The position numbers and the translations under genes were made by a program. From an uncultured Verrucomicrobiae bacterium (lineage in GTDB: Bacteria; Chlamydiota; Chlamydiia; Chlamydiales; Rhabdochlamydiaceae), in the NCBI GenBank assembly GCA_963806855.1, contig CAWDYW010000001.1, forward strand, positions 608,001-672,000: a stretch of 64,000 nucleotides of DNA. Direction: 5' to 3'. Positions 9,087 through 18,144 of the stretch are shown here, piece after piece. A model generated the notes under the pieces. The model saw only the letters and a program-made list of their open reading frames with translations. It was not told the DNA's origin and ran no database searches. Each line of letters opens with the position of its first letter. The stretch's first letter is position 1.

Positions 9087-10163
9087 GGTCGGCCCAAGTT
9101 GTAATCGTACCAAAGGGGTAATCGGTAGGTTATTTGCAAAGCGGCAATGATAATAGACATTGTCATGAATGTTGATAAAGTCCCCTTCGGCTTTGTGATC
9201 AATAAAGGACCCTTTATGTACCCAGCCATTGGAATTGGTTAAGGTCCCCTCTCCATGATATTTCCCATCTTTAACCTTGCCTACGTACTTTTTGCCAGAT
9301 TTGAAAGTAAACGTTCCAGTTCCATTGGGCGCATCATTTTCAAATTGTCCCTTATATTCATAATCAGGACTTATGAATTTCCCCTTTCCATGAGATGCGC
9401 CGTTTTTAAATTGGCCTTCATATCTTTCGCCATTTGCGAAGACAAGGACTCCATTTCCTTCGTAGCATCTGTTTTTAAATTGGCCTTCATATCTATTGCC
9501 ACTTGCAAAGATTAGGACTCCATATCCATCGAAGCATCCGTTTTGAAATTCGCCTGTATAACATGTGCCATCAGGAAAGGTTAAGGTTCCTTTTCCATGA
9601 TAGAGGTCGTTTTTAAATTGGCCTTCATATCTTTCGCCATTTGCGAAGACAAGGACTCCATATCCATCGAAGCATCCATTTCGAAATTCACCTTTATAGC
9701 TTGTGCCATTTGCGAAAGTATAAATTCCAAAGCCATGTTTTTTTCCATCCTGATACTCGCCATCATATTTTGCCCCGGAAGCAAAAAACATCATTCCTTG
9801 CCCATGCATTTTTCCCTTATGAAACATGCCCTCGTATCTAGACCCATCGTCAAAATACATTATTCCTTTGCCGTGGGGAAAACCCTCATTAAAAAAGCCC
9901 TCATAAAAAACTTTATCGGCAAAACGGATGACTCCTTCTCCGGTGAACTTGATATCATAAGCTTGTTGGCGACTTTCAAAGATTATAATAGACGCCCCGC
10001 TAAGTTTTTTAGATGGGGAGCCTAGGCATTCTTTAGCAAGCGATTCAATGGTAGGGATGTTTTCAGAACCGCTACGCTTGTGCGAGGTAGCTTCTCTCCT
10101 AGGTGAATCAGGCTGAGCAGTTAGATTTTGTAAATCAGATCTTGAAATTGGTGGAACGTGCAT
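9084..10163 (-). CDS. MORN-repeat protein with Ser/Pro-rich N-terminus
   Basis: About 11 repeats of YeGqFknG..hG.G.l.fanG (23 aa). Confidence 0.9.
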   Translation of the reverse strand: MHVPPISRSDLQNLTAQPDSPRREATSHKRSGSENIPTIESLAKECLGSPSKKLSGASIIIFESRQQAYDIKFTGEGVIRFADKVFYEGFFNEGFPHGKGIMYFDDGSRYEGMFHKGKMHGQGMMFFASGAKYDGEYQDGKKHGFGIYTFANGTSYKGEFRNGCFDGYGVLVFANGERYEGQFKNDLYHGKGTLTFPDGTCYTGEFQNGCFDGYGVLIFASGNRYEGQFKNRCYEGNGVLVFANGERYEGQFKNGASHGKGKFISPDYEYKGQFENDAPNGTGTFTFKSGKKYVGKVKDGKYHGEGTLTNSNGWVHKGSFIDHKAEGDFINIHDNVYYHCRFANNLPITPLVRLQLGPT

Positions 10164-10222
10164 TAAAACCTCTATTTGTATTTTTTATATATTATAAACA
10201 ATGTTGAAATTGTTTGCTTGGA

Positions 10223-10435
10223 TTAAAAAACGTTTATTGTGTAAAGATAGGAATTTAATTTAAGATGATCTCTTAGGAACCTATCCAAATTCACACTTTT
10301 GGGTAAAGCGGGCAGGGTGGATTGATTTTGTAAATCAGATCTTGAAATTGGTGGAGTTTGCATTAAAATCCTTTTGTGATACTTTTATTATAATATCATA
10401 AACGATGTCATAATTGTTTGTGTGAATTAAAAAAC
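10223..10435 (-). pseudogene. Remnant duplicate of the MORN gene 5' end and upstream region, joined to a MITE end
   Basis: 10324-10435 resembles 10124-10231; MQTPPISRSDLQN vs MHVPPISRSDLQN; TCCAAATTCACACTTTTGGG at 10284. Confidence 0.7.
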
Positions 10436-10525
10436 AATAATTGAGGCTATTCAAAAAATAGAGGTTCAAAAATATTCCTTGGCGGCCTATGATCGGGAAA
10501 AACACTTTAACATTGGAGAAAAACC

Positions 10526-11143
10526 ATGCACGATTTTGTTCCCTATGAACAACCTGATCTTCCCTATGACTTTAACGCCTTAGAGCCAGTGATTTCCGCT
10601 CAGATCATGGAGATTCACTATACAAAGCACCATAAAGGCTATATCACGAATCTCAATGCTGCCCTAGAGAAATTTCTAGAGGCTCAGGAGAAAGAGGATC
10701 TAGGGCAAATGGCTGCTCTTCTTTCCGCCATCAATTTCAATGGGGGAGGCCATCTCAACCACTCGATTTTCTGGACCAACCTGGCTCCGGAAGGGAAAGG
10801 GGGCGGAGGGAAGCCAAAGGGAGAACTTGCGAAGGCGATCGAACAAAAATTTGGCTCCTTTGAGAAATTTGTTGAGGTTTTCAGTGCGAAAACCGTTGCG
10901 ATTCAAGGCTCTGGATGGGGATGGCTCGGCTATGATGCGCAGCTGCAGGGGCTTTGTGTTACCACTTGTGGGAATCAGGATGCGTTGAAAACCAAAGGGC
11001 TGGTCCCATTGCTTGGTATCGACGTCTGGGAGCATGCTTACTATCTACAATATAAAAATGTGCGGGCTGACTATGTAAAAAACATTTGGCGTATCGTCAA
11101 TTGGGACAATGTGTCCGAGCGATATAATAGTGCTAAGAAATAA
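10526..11143 (+). CDS. sodA: Mn/Fe superoxide dismutase
   Basis: [23 protein letters not shown]. Confidence 0.95.
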   Translation: MHDFVPYEQPDLPYDFNALEPVISAQIMEIHYTKHHKGYITNLNAALEKFLEAQEKEDLGQMAALLSAINFNGGGHLNHSIFWTNLAPEGKGGGGKPKGELAKAIEQKFGSFEKFVEVFSAKTVAIQGSGWGWLGYDAQLQGLCVTTCGNQDALKTKGLVPLLGIDVWEHAYYLQYKNVRADYVKNIWRIVNWDNVSERYNSAKK

Positions 11144-11207
11144 TTTAATGTATTGTTTTATTCTGCATTTTTAGTAATAATAGTCTGACAATTATACGCG
11201 AGGTTTT

Positions 11208-12146
11208 ATGGTTATGGGTTTATTTTCTTCAAAGCCAAAGATTAAAATTCAAACAACAAAAAAGGATGGATTCAGCGGGTGGCTTAAATGTACCCACTGC
11301 AGCGAGCTGATCCATGCAAATGAATTAACCCAGAATCTTCACTGCTGTCCAAAATGTGATTACCATTATCGCCTCTCTGGCTCGCAAAGAGTCGAGCTCC
11401 TTGCCGACAAAGATAGCTTTGTCGAACTCTTTAAAGAGTATCGCCCTGTCGATCCACTTCATTTTGTCGACACCGAGCCCTATCTGGAGCGGATTCAGAA
11501 AGCGCAGCAGAAAACAGGGCGGCTCGATGCTGCAATGGTGGGAATGTGCAAAATCGATCGGATGCCGGTTGCCCTTGGAGTCCTCGACTTCTCCTTTATG
11601 GGAGGATCGATGGGATCCGTGGTGGGGGAGAAGCTGTGCCTATTGATCGAACATGCAATCCAAGAAGAGTGCCCGGTGGTGATTGTCGCCGCATCAGGTG
11701 GAGCTCGGATGCAAGAGTCGATCCTCTCGCTTATGCAGATGGCGAAAACCTCAGCCGCCTTGGCAAAATTGCAGGAGTCTTCACTTCCCTATATCTCGAT
11801 TCTAACCAATCCGACAACCGGTGGAGTGACCGCCTCATTTGCAACGCTTGGCGACATCATCATCGCTGAGCCCGATGCATTAATCGGGTTCGCAGGCCCC
11901 CGTGTGGTGGAGCAGACGACGCGTGAAAAACTGCCCCCAAATGCACAAAAATCTGAATTTTTGATCGAAAAAGGAATGATTGATTGCATTGTTAATAGAC
12001 ATGATTTAAAAGAGAAGTTGTCGCTCATGCTAGAACTTTTAACAGGCAACGTGCGCTTGGGTGGAAAGCAGAGCGAACCGAAGACTGAAAAGCTGCAAAA
12101 AATTCTCGAATTGTCGGGGAAAAAGGCAGTTTCAGGCATGCGCTAA
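11208..12146 (+). CDS. accD: Acetyl-CoA carboxylase carboxyltransferase beta subunit
   Basis: Zinc finger, [22 protein letters not shown]. Confidence 0.97.
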   Translation: MVMGLFSSKPKIKIQTTKKDGFSGWLKCTHCSELIHANELTQNLHCCPKCDYHYRLSGSQRVELLADKDSFVELFKEYRPVDPLHFVDTEPYLERIQKAQQKTGRLDAAMVGMCKIDRMPVALGVLDFSFMGGSMGSVVGEKLCLLIEHAIQEECPVVIVAASGGARMQESILSLMQMAKTSAALAKLQESSLPYISILTNPTTGGVTASFATLGDIIIAEPDALIGFAGPRVVEQTTREKLPPNAQKSEFLIEKGMIDCIVNRHDLKEKLSLMLELLTGNVRLGGKQSEPKTEKLQKILELSGKKAVSGMR

Positions 12147-12151
12147 TTTTT

Positions 12152-12595
12152 ATGAAAAAAGAAACTGTCCGCATTTGTCTAGAAGAAGATCTGCCGCTTC
12201 CCCAATATGGGACGGAGCTAGCCGCCGGCGCAGATATATGCAGCTCAAGCAAGACAGACATCGTCATCCAGCCGGGAGAATCAGCCCTGATTCCAACCGG
12301 TATCCGGATGGAAATCCCACCAGGCTACGAAATCCAAGTCCGTCCTCGCAGCGGCCTTGCCCTCAAATCGCAAATCACCGTCCTCAATACCCCCGGAACC
12401 ATCGATGCCGACTACCGCGGCGAGCTCAAAGTGATCTTGATCAATCATGGAAAAGCACCCTTTATCGTCACTTACGGCATGCGGATCGCACAGATCGTTC
12501 TCGCGCAGGTTGTCAGGGCCGAATTTGTGGTCGAAACAGCCCTTGCCAGCACGGCACGCGGCGAAGGGGGGTTTGGCCATACTGGGACGCATTGA
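12152..12595 (+). CDS. dut: dUTP diphosphatase
   Basis: [27 protein letters not shown]. Confidence 0.97.
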   Translation: MKKETVRICLEEDLPLPQYGTELAAGADICSSSKTDIVIQPGESALIPTGIRMEIPPGYEIQVRPRSGLALKSQITVLNTPGTIDADYRGELKVILINHGKAPFIVTYGMRIAQIVLAQVVRAEFVVETALASTARGEGGFGHTGTH

Positions 12596-12626
12596 TTTCA
12601 TCAAACGATTTGGAAAAGAGGAACCT

Positions 12627-13082
12627 GTGAGGATTGCCGATTACTTAGATGAAGACCTGGTCTGCTTCTTAAATGCGGGCAACCAGCATGAAGCGCTGAC
12701 CGCTCTCATCAATCAACTCGCCGCGCAGGGAAAGCTGCACGACAAAGAGGCCTTTTTTCAGGCGATTTTGGAGCGGGAAAAGATCATTTCGACCGGCATC
12801 GGCATCGGAGTGGCCATTCCGCACGCCAAACTGACCGGATATTCCGATTTCTTCATTGCAATTGGGATCCAGAAGAAAGGGGGAATCGATTGGCAATCGA
12901 TCGATGGGCTACCAGTGAAGCTAATTTTCATGATCGGGGGACCCGACAACAGACAAACCGAATATCTCAATATCCTCTCGATGATCACCACCGCCATCAA
13001 AGATGAAGGGCGGCGTAAACGTTTAATGAATGCCAGAAATGGGCAAGAAGTCATTGCACTATTTAACCAGGAGCAAAGTTAA
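12627..13082 (+). CDS. ptsN: PTS IIA(Ntr)-type protein
   Basis: ILEREKIISTGIGIGVAIPHA; GTG start after GAGG. Confidence 0.9.
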   Translation: MRIADYLDEDLVCFLNAGNQHEALTALINQLAAQGKLHDKEAFFQAILEREKIISTGIGIGVAIPHAKLTGYSDFFIAIGIQKKGGIDWQSIDGLPVKLIFMIGGPDNRQTEYLNILSMITTAIKDEGRRKRLMNARNGQEVIALFNQEQS

Positions 13083-13792
13083 TGGACTTGAAAATTAAAG
13101 ATGTTGCAGAACTCCTCAATATCTCCGAGACCACCATCCGAAGATGGCTCCAGAGCGGCAAGATCCCCGCCTACAAGCTCAACAGCCAATACCGCTTTAG
13201 CCGCATCGAAATCGAAGATTGGATGATGAATCGGAAGCTCGGCCTTAGCCAAGAGGAAGGGGAGCTCCCCAATCCCACTGGCGAAGAGCAGATTTTCCCT
13301 CCCAAGCAGGAATCTGGCGCACAGCAATTCAGCCTCTATCGAGCCATCAACCGAGGCGGCATCCATCACAATGTGAAAGGGGTGACCAAAGAAGAGGTGA
13401 TCCGCAATACCATGGAGCTGATCGCCCCCACACTGCGCCTCGACCCCGCTGTCCTCTCCGAGCTGCTGATCGATAGAGAAAAACTGATGCCAACCGCTTT
13501 TAACAATGGAATCGCCGTGCCCCATACGCGCGAGTGTCTCAGCCGAGTCCCATTCGACCTGGTCGCCGTCGTCTTCCCCGAGAAGCCGATCGAATATGGC
13601 GCACTCGACGAAAAGCCGGTCGACACCCTCTTTTTCCTCTTCGCCACCGGAGACAAAATGCACCTCCATTTCCTGGCCAAAATCGCCCACTTCAGCAGCA
13701 ACGAAAAAGCGCTCGCGCTGCTCAAGTCCCGCCCAGAGAAAGGGAAACTGATGGAATTTATCCGCGAGTGGGAAGGAAAACTAAGAATTTAA
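13082..13792 (+). CDS. ptsN: Excisionase-like HTH fused to PTS IIA
   Basis: KDVAELLNISETTIRRW plus NGIAVPH; tandem ptsN genes as in Chlamydia. Confidence 0.9.
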   Translation: MDLKIKDVAELLNISETTIRRWLQSGKIPAYKLNSQYRFSRIEIEDWMMNRKLGLSQEEGELPNPTGEEQIFPPKQESGAQQFSLYRAINRGGIHHNVKGVTKEEVIRNTMELIAPTLRLDPAVLSELLIDREKLMPTAFNNGIAVPHTRECLSRVPFDLVAVVFPEKPIEYGALDEKPVDTLFFLFATGDKMHLHFLAKIAHFSSNEKALALLKSRPEKGKLMEFIREWEGKLRI

Positions 13793-13854
13793 TTTCTTCG
13801 CTATAATATTAAAAATAACTTGAAAAGTTAACTAATTACTTGAGTTGCAAGCGT

Positions 13855-13933
13855 GCAAATGTTATCAAATCGATAACATTTGCGCAAAAAAACTTAAGAT
13901 TTGCGCAAATGTCATCATTTTGATAACATTTTA
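13855..13933 (+). promoter_or_regulatory. Two inverted-repeat operators upstream of the abiE operon
   Basis: GCAAATGTTATC-N5-GATAACATTTGC (13855-13883) and near copy 13905-13933. Confidence 0.8.
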
Positions 13934-13936
13934 GGT

Positions 13937-15340
13937 ATGGAAAACGAAGAAAAGCTCTTGCTAATCGCTGAGAAGCAACAAGGATACTTTCTAAGCGGGC
14001 AAGCAGAGAATTGCGGTTTTTCCCGAACGAATTTTCATAGGAAAATAAGATCTGGGAAGTGGATGAAGGAAGAACTGCGAGGGATTTACCGAATCGCTAA
14101 TTTCCCCTCTACTTCTCGTCCAGAACTAGCACTTTGGATGCTTTGGAGTGCTGACAAGCAGGGAAATCCTCAAGGCATATGGTCTCATGAAACAGCTCTC
14201 GACATCCACGAACTTAGTGATGTCTCCCCTACTAAACTTCATATGACTGTTCCTAAAAGTTTTAAAAAACGAAATGGAATACCTAAGAACCTTTGCCTCC
14301 ATTTTGTTAATGAATTGCCAAAATCCGATGTAGAAATACGGCAAGGTTATCGAGTGACTACACCGCTTCGTTCTCTAGCTGATGTCATCCGAGAAAAGAC
14401 TATTCAACCTGAACAAATTGAATCTGCATTGCTAGATTTAGCGATTCAGAAATCCCTGATTAAAGGACTCGCAACTTTGCAGGAGATGGAAAAGCTTCCC
14501 CAAGTCACAGATTCGGAAGAGCTCCAGGCCGTAATTTGTCAAGCAATCGACAAAGTATGGATTCAACCAAATAACCAGCTCAAAGATTATAAGCAAATAG
14601 TAGAGCCCTATACAGTTGGTCTTTCTTTAGAAAATCAGGGGTTTGGGACAGCGGTGTTATGTCAATACAAATCAAAATGCTTCTTATTGACTGCGGCACA
14701 TGTCGCTCAAGCGCTTCGAAAGGCTAAATCTGTAACTCTACTATTGCGATTTGATATCATTCGACGTGAGTATAAACCTGAACCAGCTGAAAATTTTCGT
14801 GTAATTGAATGGGATTCCTCATTTGATAATGCAGCATTGAATGATGTTCTTGCAAACCGTCCAAAAGATTTAGCCATCGTCATCCCAGACCCTAGGATAG
14901 TAGAGAATTTGAAATTTTATAAAGAATTCTATAACATTCTTGATGAACCACCGAGCTTTTCATTAAAGGACGCTCTTATTTCTCTGGGAGGAATTGAGCC
15001 AATCTATTCTGAAAACCGCAAGACATGTGAATTGAATATGGGGCCATTTGGATTTATCGCTTCAGAGTATCGACAAATGGCCGATGAGGATTATATCGTA
15101 TGTCCAGTGCAGACTCACATTTATGAAATGAGAAATTTACGCAGGAAAACTATCGATTCCTTTCAGGGACTTAGCGGAACCGGTCTCTGGAAATTCACTA
15201 ATAACAAGCCTACGTTAATTGGTATTGCAATAGCTCAAGATGCACCTCCTTCCGATTCTACCCAATTTAGAAATATTTACTTTCATGGACCTCACTCTAT
15301 TCTTTCAATGGTTAGGGAAATTTATGACAATAAACATTAA
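13937..15340 (+). CDS. AbiEi-family antitoxin fused to a C-terminal trypsin-like serine protease
   Basis: IAEKQQGYF, RGIYR, SHETALDIHELSD, VTTPLRSLAD (AbiEi); then LTAAHV, DLAIV, GLSGTG. Confidence 0.8.
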   Translation: MENEEKLLLIAEKQQGYFLSGQAENCGFSRTNFHRKIRSGKWMKEELRGIYRIANFPSTSRPELALWMLWSADKQGNPQGIWSHETALDIHELSDVSPTKLHMTVPKSFKKRNGIPKNLCLHFVNELPKSDVEIRQGYRVTTPLRSLADVIREKTIQPEQIESALLDLAIQKSLIKGLATLQEMEKLPQVTDSEELQAVICQAIDKVWIQPNNQLKDYKQIVEPYTVGLSLENQGFGTAVLCQYKSKCFLLTAAHVAQALRKAKSVTLLLRFDIIRREYKPEPAENFRVIEWDSSFDNAALNDVLANRPKDLAIVIPDPRIVENLKFYKEFYNILDEPPSFSLKDALISLGGIEPIYSENRKTCELNMGPFGFIASEYRQMADEDYIVCPVQTHIYEMRNLRRKTIDSFQGLSGTGLWKFTNNKPTLIGIAIAQDAPPSDSTQFRNIYFHGPHSILSMVREIYDNKH

Positions 15341-16217
15341 AACCTCCGCTGATTTCCGCAAAGAACTGGAAACAAATCTGCGAACTCATTCTAACAAAAC
15401 AGGGGAAGACATTAATCGCCTTCGGCGCAAAGTCTCATTTGATCGACTTTTAGCAAGAATTTTTACTCATGAGCCCTCGTTTTTCGTTTTAAAAGGCGGT
15501 TATGGAATGGAACTCCGGTTTGCTCATGCACGGGCAACCAAAGATATAGATTTGACCTGCTTTAAACGGGCGAATGACTCAAAGGAACCAATGAGTGAAA
15601 TAATCATGCAAGAATTGCAACTACTCGCTCGCTACAATTTAGACGATCATTTTACCTTTCAGATTGGACAACCCCAAATTGATATAGAAAATGCACCTTA
15701 TGGGGGCTCACGTCATCATGTCCTAGTCTTGATCAATGACAGACCATATGTAGAATTTCATCTTGATGTAGGAGCAGATTTTCTTATTGATCCAATAGAG
15801 AAAATTCCAGGATCGAATTGGCTTGAATTTTGTGGTATTTCTGCCCCTGTCATTCAAATGATCTCTGTGCAGCAACAGTTTGCTGAGAAACTCCATTCCT
15901 ACACTCTCCCAAGAGAACAAATCAACACTCGGGCAAAAGATCTCATTGATCTCATTTTACTTTTACAATCTGAAGGCCGCTCTTCTTCAACCTTCCAAAA
16001 TACTCTACAGAGAGTGTTTAGGGCACGAAATAAGCATCCTTTGCCAGAATTTTTACCTAGGCCGCCGATTAGTTGGCAGAAGCCGTTCGCTGAAATGGCT
16101 GCTGAATGTGGAATTTCACAGGATTTGAAAGAGGGATTTCAGACTGTTTCAGAATTTTATAATACATTGAGGCAGAAGGATAGAAAAAAAGGTCTCGAGT
16201 CCACTGTTGTACTATAA
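15324..16217 (+). CDS. AbiEii/AbiGii nucleotidyltransferase toxin
   Basis: LKGG, RATKDID, AEKLH, TRAKDLID; start overlaps the upstream gene. Confidence 0.9.
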   Translation: MTINIKTSADFRKELETNLRTHSNKTGEDINRLRRKVSFDRLLARIFTHEPSFFVLKGGYGMELRFAHARATKDIDLTCFKRANDSKEPMSEIIMQELQLLARYNLDDHFTFQIGQPQIDIENAPYGGSRHHVLVLINDRPYVEFHLDVGADFLIDPIEKIPGSNWLEFCGISAPVIQMISVQQQFAEKLHSYTLPREQINTRAKDLIDLILLLQSEGRSSSTFQNTLQRVFRARNKHPLPEFLPRPPISWQKPFAEMAAECGISQDLKEGFQTVSEFYNTLRQKDRKKGLESTVVL

Positions 16218-16226
16218 AAATCTACA

Positions 16227-16270
16227 TACCCCGACTCGCCCAAATTCACACTTTTGGGCGAGTCGGGGTA
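16227..16270. repeat. 44-bp palindrome; internally deleted TACCCCG-family MITE between convergent genes
   Basis: TACCCCGACTCGCCCAAA-TTCACACT-TTTGGGCGAGTCGGGGTA. Confidence 0.75.
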
Positions 16271-16282
16271 TACGGTTTATTC

Positions 16283-16771
16283 CTAATAAACAAAAGATGG
16301 GGATCGTAAGGCAGGCAGTTGTTTAAGGTGCTTAAGAAACTGTTCTTTCCAGTAATAATGATCGAGTAGACCGGTTGGTTCCCGCCCCAAAATGACATAA
16401 GCCAAATAAAGCGCTTCACAGGAGGCCAGCCCCCGCTCTGGATCGAGGCAATCCTCCTGGCGTCTTGGATAGGCCGTCTTCGCGCTCTTTGGTAAACTCC
16501 TTGTCTCAAATGGGGGCTTCAGCACCTTAAACATCTTCTCTGCATAGCGCCAGGTGCCATCGATTAGAAAAATCCCACACTCGGCATCCTCTTTGCTAAG
16601 CTCAGGCGCATCGAGTGTGAGCACCACATAGTTGCTCAAGTCAGGTAGTTCATATTTAAGGGGATAGGAATAAAAAATGAGATCGCTTCTAGACTCAAGA
16701 CCTCTTAGGCTACACTTCTTTAAATTTTCCCGATTGTGTCTCAAAATAATTGTAGGCGGAAAGGTATTCAT
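16283..16771 (-). CDS. Tsr3/DTW-like aminocarboxypropyltransferase-fold protein
   Basis: ENLKKCSL, IDGTWRYA, RSLP, GLASCEALYLA. Confidence 0.6.
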   Translation of the reverse strand: MNTFPPTIILRHNRENLKKCSLRGLESRSDLIFYSYPLKYELPDLSNYVVLTLDAPELSKEDAECGIFLIDGTWRYAEKMFKVLKPPFETRSLPKSAKTAYPRRQEDCLDPERGLASCEALYLAYVILGREPTGLLDHYYWKEQFLKHLKQLPALRSPSFVY

Positions 16772-16802
16772 TTTTTATACATAGAGTATTATAAGGTAGA
16801 TT

Positions 16803-17732
16803 ATGAGCTATTTCAAGACCGTTCTTTCCGTTATCATCTCTGCGCAATGTTTCGCCTCACTGCCCTATTACGAGCGCTGGCTAGACAACTTTGACCAAGC
16901 TCAGGAAGAAGCCCAAAAACAGCATCGCCCCATCCTGATTGCCTTTGAGTTAGAAGAGAAGAATATCAATACCGGCGCATTCCTTTCGGCCCTCGATGGC
17001 AAAGTCGTGTTTTTGAGAATCAATGTCCCCCAGGTTTACGAGGAAGATTCAGAGATCAATCGGTTGCGAGAGCAGTACCATATCGAGAGTTGCCCCACCT
17101 TCATTTTGGCTCAGCCGAATGGGCATGAAATCGGCAAGCTCGAAGCTCCGAATGCAGATGAGATCGTCGCCATGCTAAGCGATTACACCCTAATTTCGGA
17201 GACAAAATCACTCAGCACACTCAAAGTGGACCAGCTCAAATCGCTCTATGCGCATGCGGGAAAATTGGCCGACACCACCTTTAAACAAGCGCTGCTTGAA
17301 GAGGGACTAAAAGCTGATCAAGGCCCCTACTTCCTCCTCGAGCAATATGGCGATCTGCTAGCCAAGAATGGAGTAAAAAACAGAGATTCCAAAGTTCTGC
17401 GCAATCGGATCATCGCCCGTGATCTGCGCAATGAGAAAGGGTGCAGACGGCAGCTGGCATTGATGGATTTCGAATCGCTCGCTAAAGCAGGTCAGACCCT
17501 CCAGGCGAAAGCAGTAGTGAAACCGCTGATGGACTATCTGGCCAAATTTGGGTCCAAAGACCCCGAGAATGCATGGCAAATCGAATTGAAGATCTCTCAG
17601 TATCTCTTCAGTCGCGATCAAGTTAAAGAGGCGCTCAAGCACGCCACCGCGTCTCTTAAAATGGCCCCCGATTCCAAGAGGGGAGAAATTGCAAAGTCTG
17701 TTGACTATTTGCAGACTATTTCAATTCGGTGA
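16803..17732 (+). CDS. Exported thioredoxin-fold protein with helical C-terminus and no CxxC
   Basis: Signal peptide, WLDNFDQAQEEA..RPILIAF, cis-Pro loop SCPTFIL. Confidence 0.6.
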   Translation: MSYFKTVLSVIISAQCFASLPYYERWLDNFDQAQEEAQKQHRPILIAFELEEKNINTGAFLSALDGKVVFLRINVPQVYEEDSEINRLREQYHIESCPTFILAQPNGHEIGKLEAPNADEIVAMLSDYTLISETKSLSTLKVDQLKSLYAHAGKLADTTFKQALLEEGLKADQGPYFLLEQYGDLLAKNGVKNRDSKVLRNRIIARDLRNEKGCRRQLALMDFESLAKAGQTLQAKAVVKPLMDYLAKFGSKDPENAWQIELKISQYLFSRDQVKEALKHATASLKMAPDSKRGEIAKSVDYLQTISIR

Positions 17733-17823
17733 CAAATAATTAATTTTGTTAAATTAATTGTTATTATTGAGAAAAAAACCTTTCCGATTTAAAGTAATCC
17801 GCAAAAAAAGGAGAGGTGAACCC

Positions 17824-18144
17824 ATGATGGCACCGAATATAGACCTGATTCCAGTTTCAAATAAATATTCAGAAGGGCAGTTGCCTTGGCAAGCAAAAGC
17901 TAAATTCAAAGATGGAGATATTGTTGTAAAAATAAAGGTTCTTGGACAGAAATTACTCTTTAATTCAGATGAGGTCTTTTTTACAGCCGATGGAGAAGAG
18001 TTAGTTTCTGTGAATGAATTTTGTCTGATGTATCAGTGCGATAAGGCACATGCATTAGCAGGTCATGTTAAAAGTGTTGGGTTGATGGTGAGAGATAAAA
18101 AATTAGCGCCCGTTCTTTCCTCAGTCAAAATCTTTGATTTTTAA
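17824..18144 (+). CDS. Hypothetical protein
   Basis: ORF after GGAGAGGTG RBS. Confidence 0.5.
   Translation: MMAPNIDLIPVSNKYSEGQLPWQAKAKFKDGDIVVKIKVLGQKLLFNSDEVFFTADGEELVSVNEFCLMYQCDKAHALAGHVKSVGLMVRDKKLAPVLSSVKIFDF

Noticed and set aside
9250..9900. MORN DNA repeats as a CRISPR array or DGR template/variable pair
   Set aside because: They are 69-bp coding periodicity with no unique spacers, and there is no cas or reverse transcriptase gene in the window.
13082..13792. HTH-PTS IIA fusion as a novelty
   Set aside because: It is a conserved chlamydial gene in its usual dut-ptsN-ptsN context.
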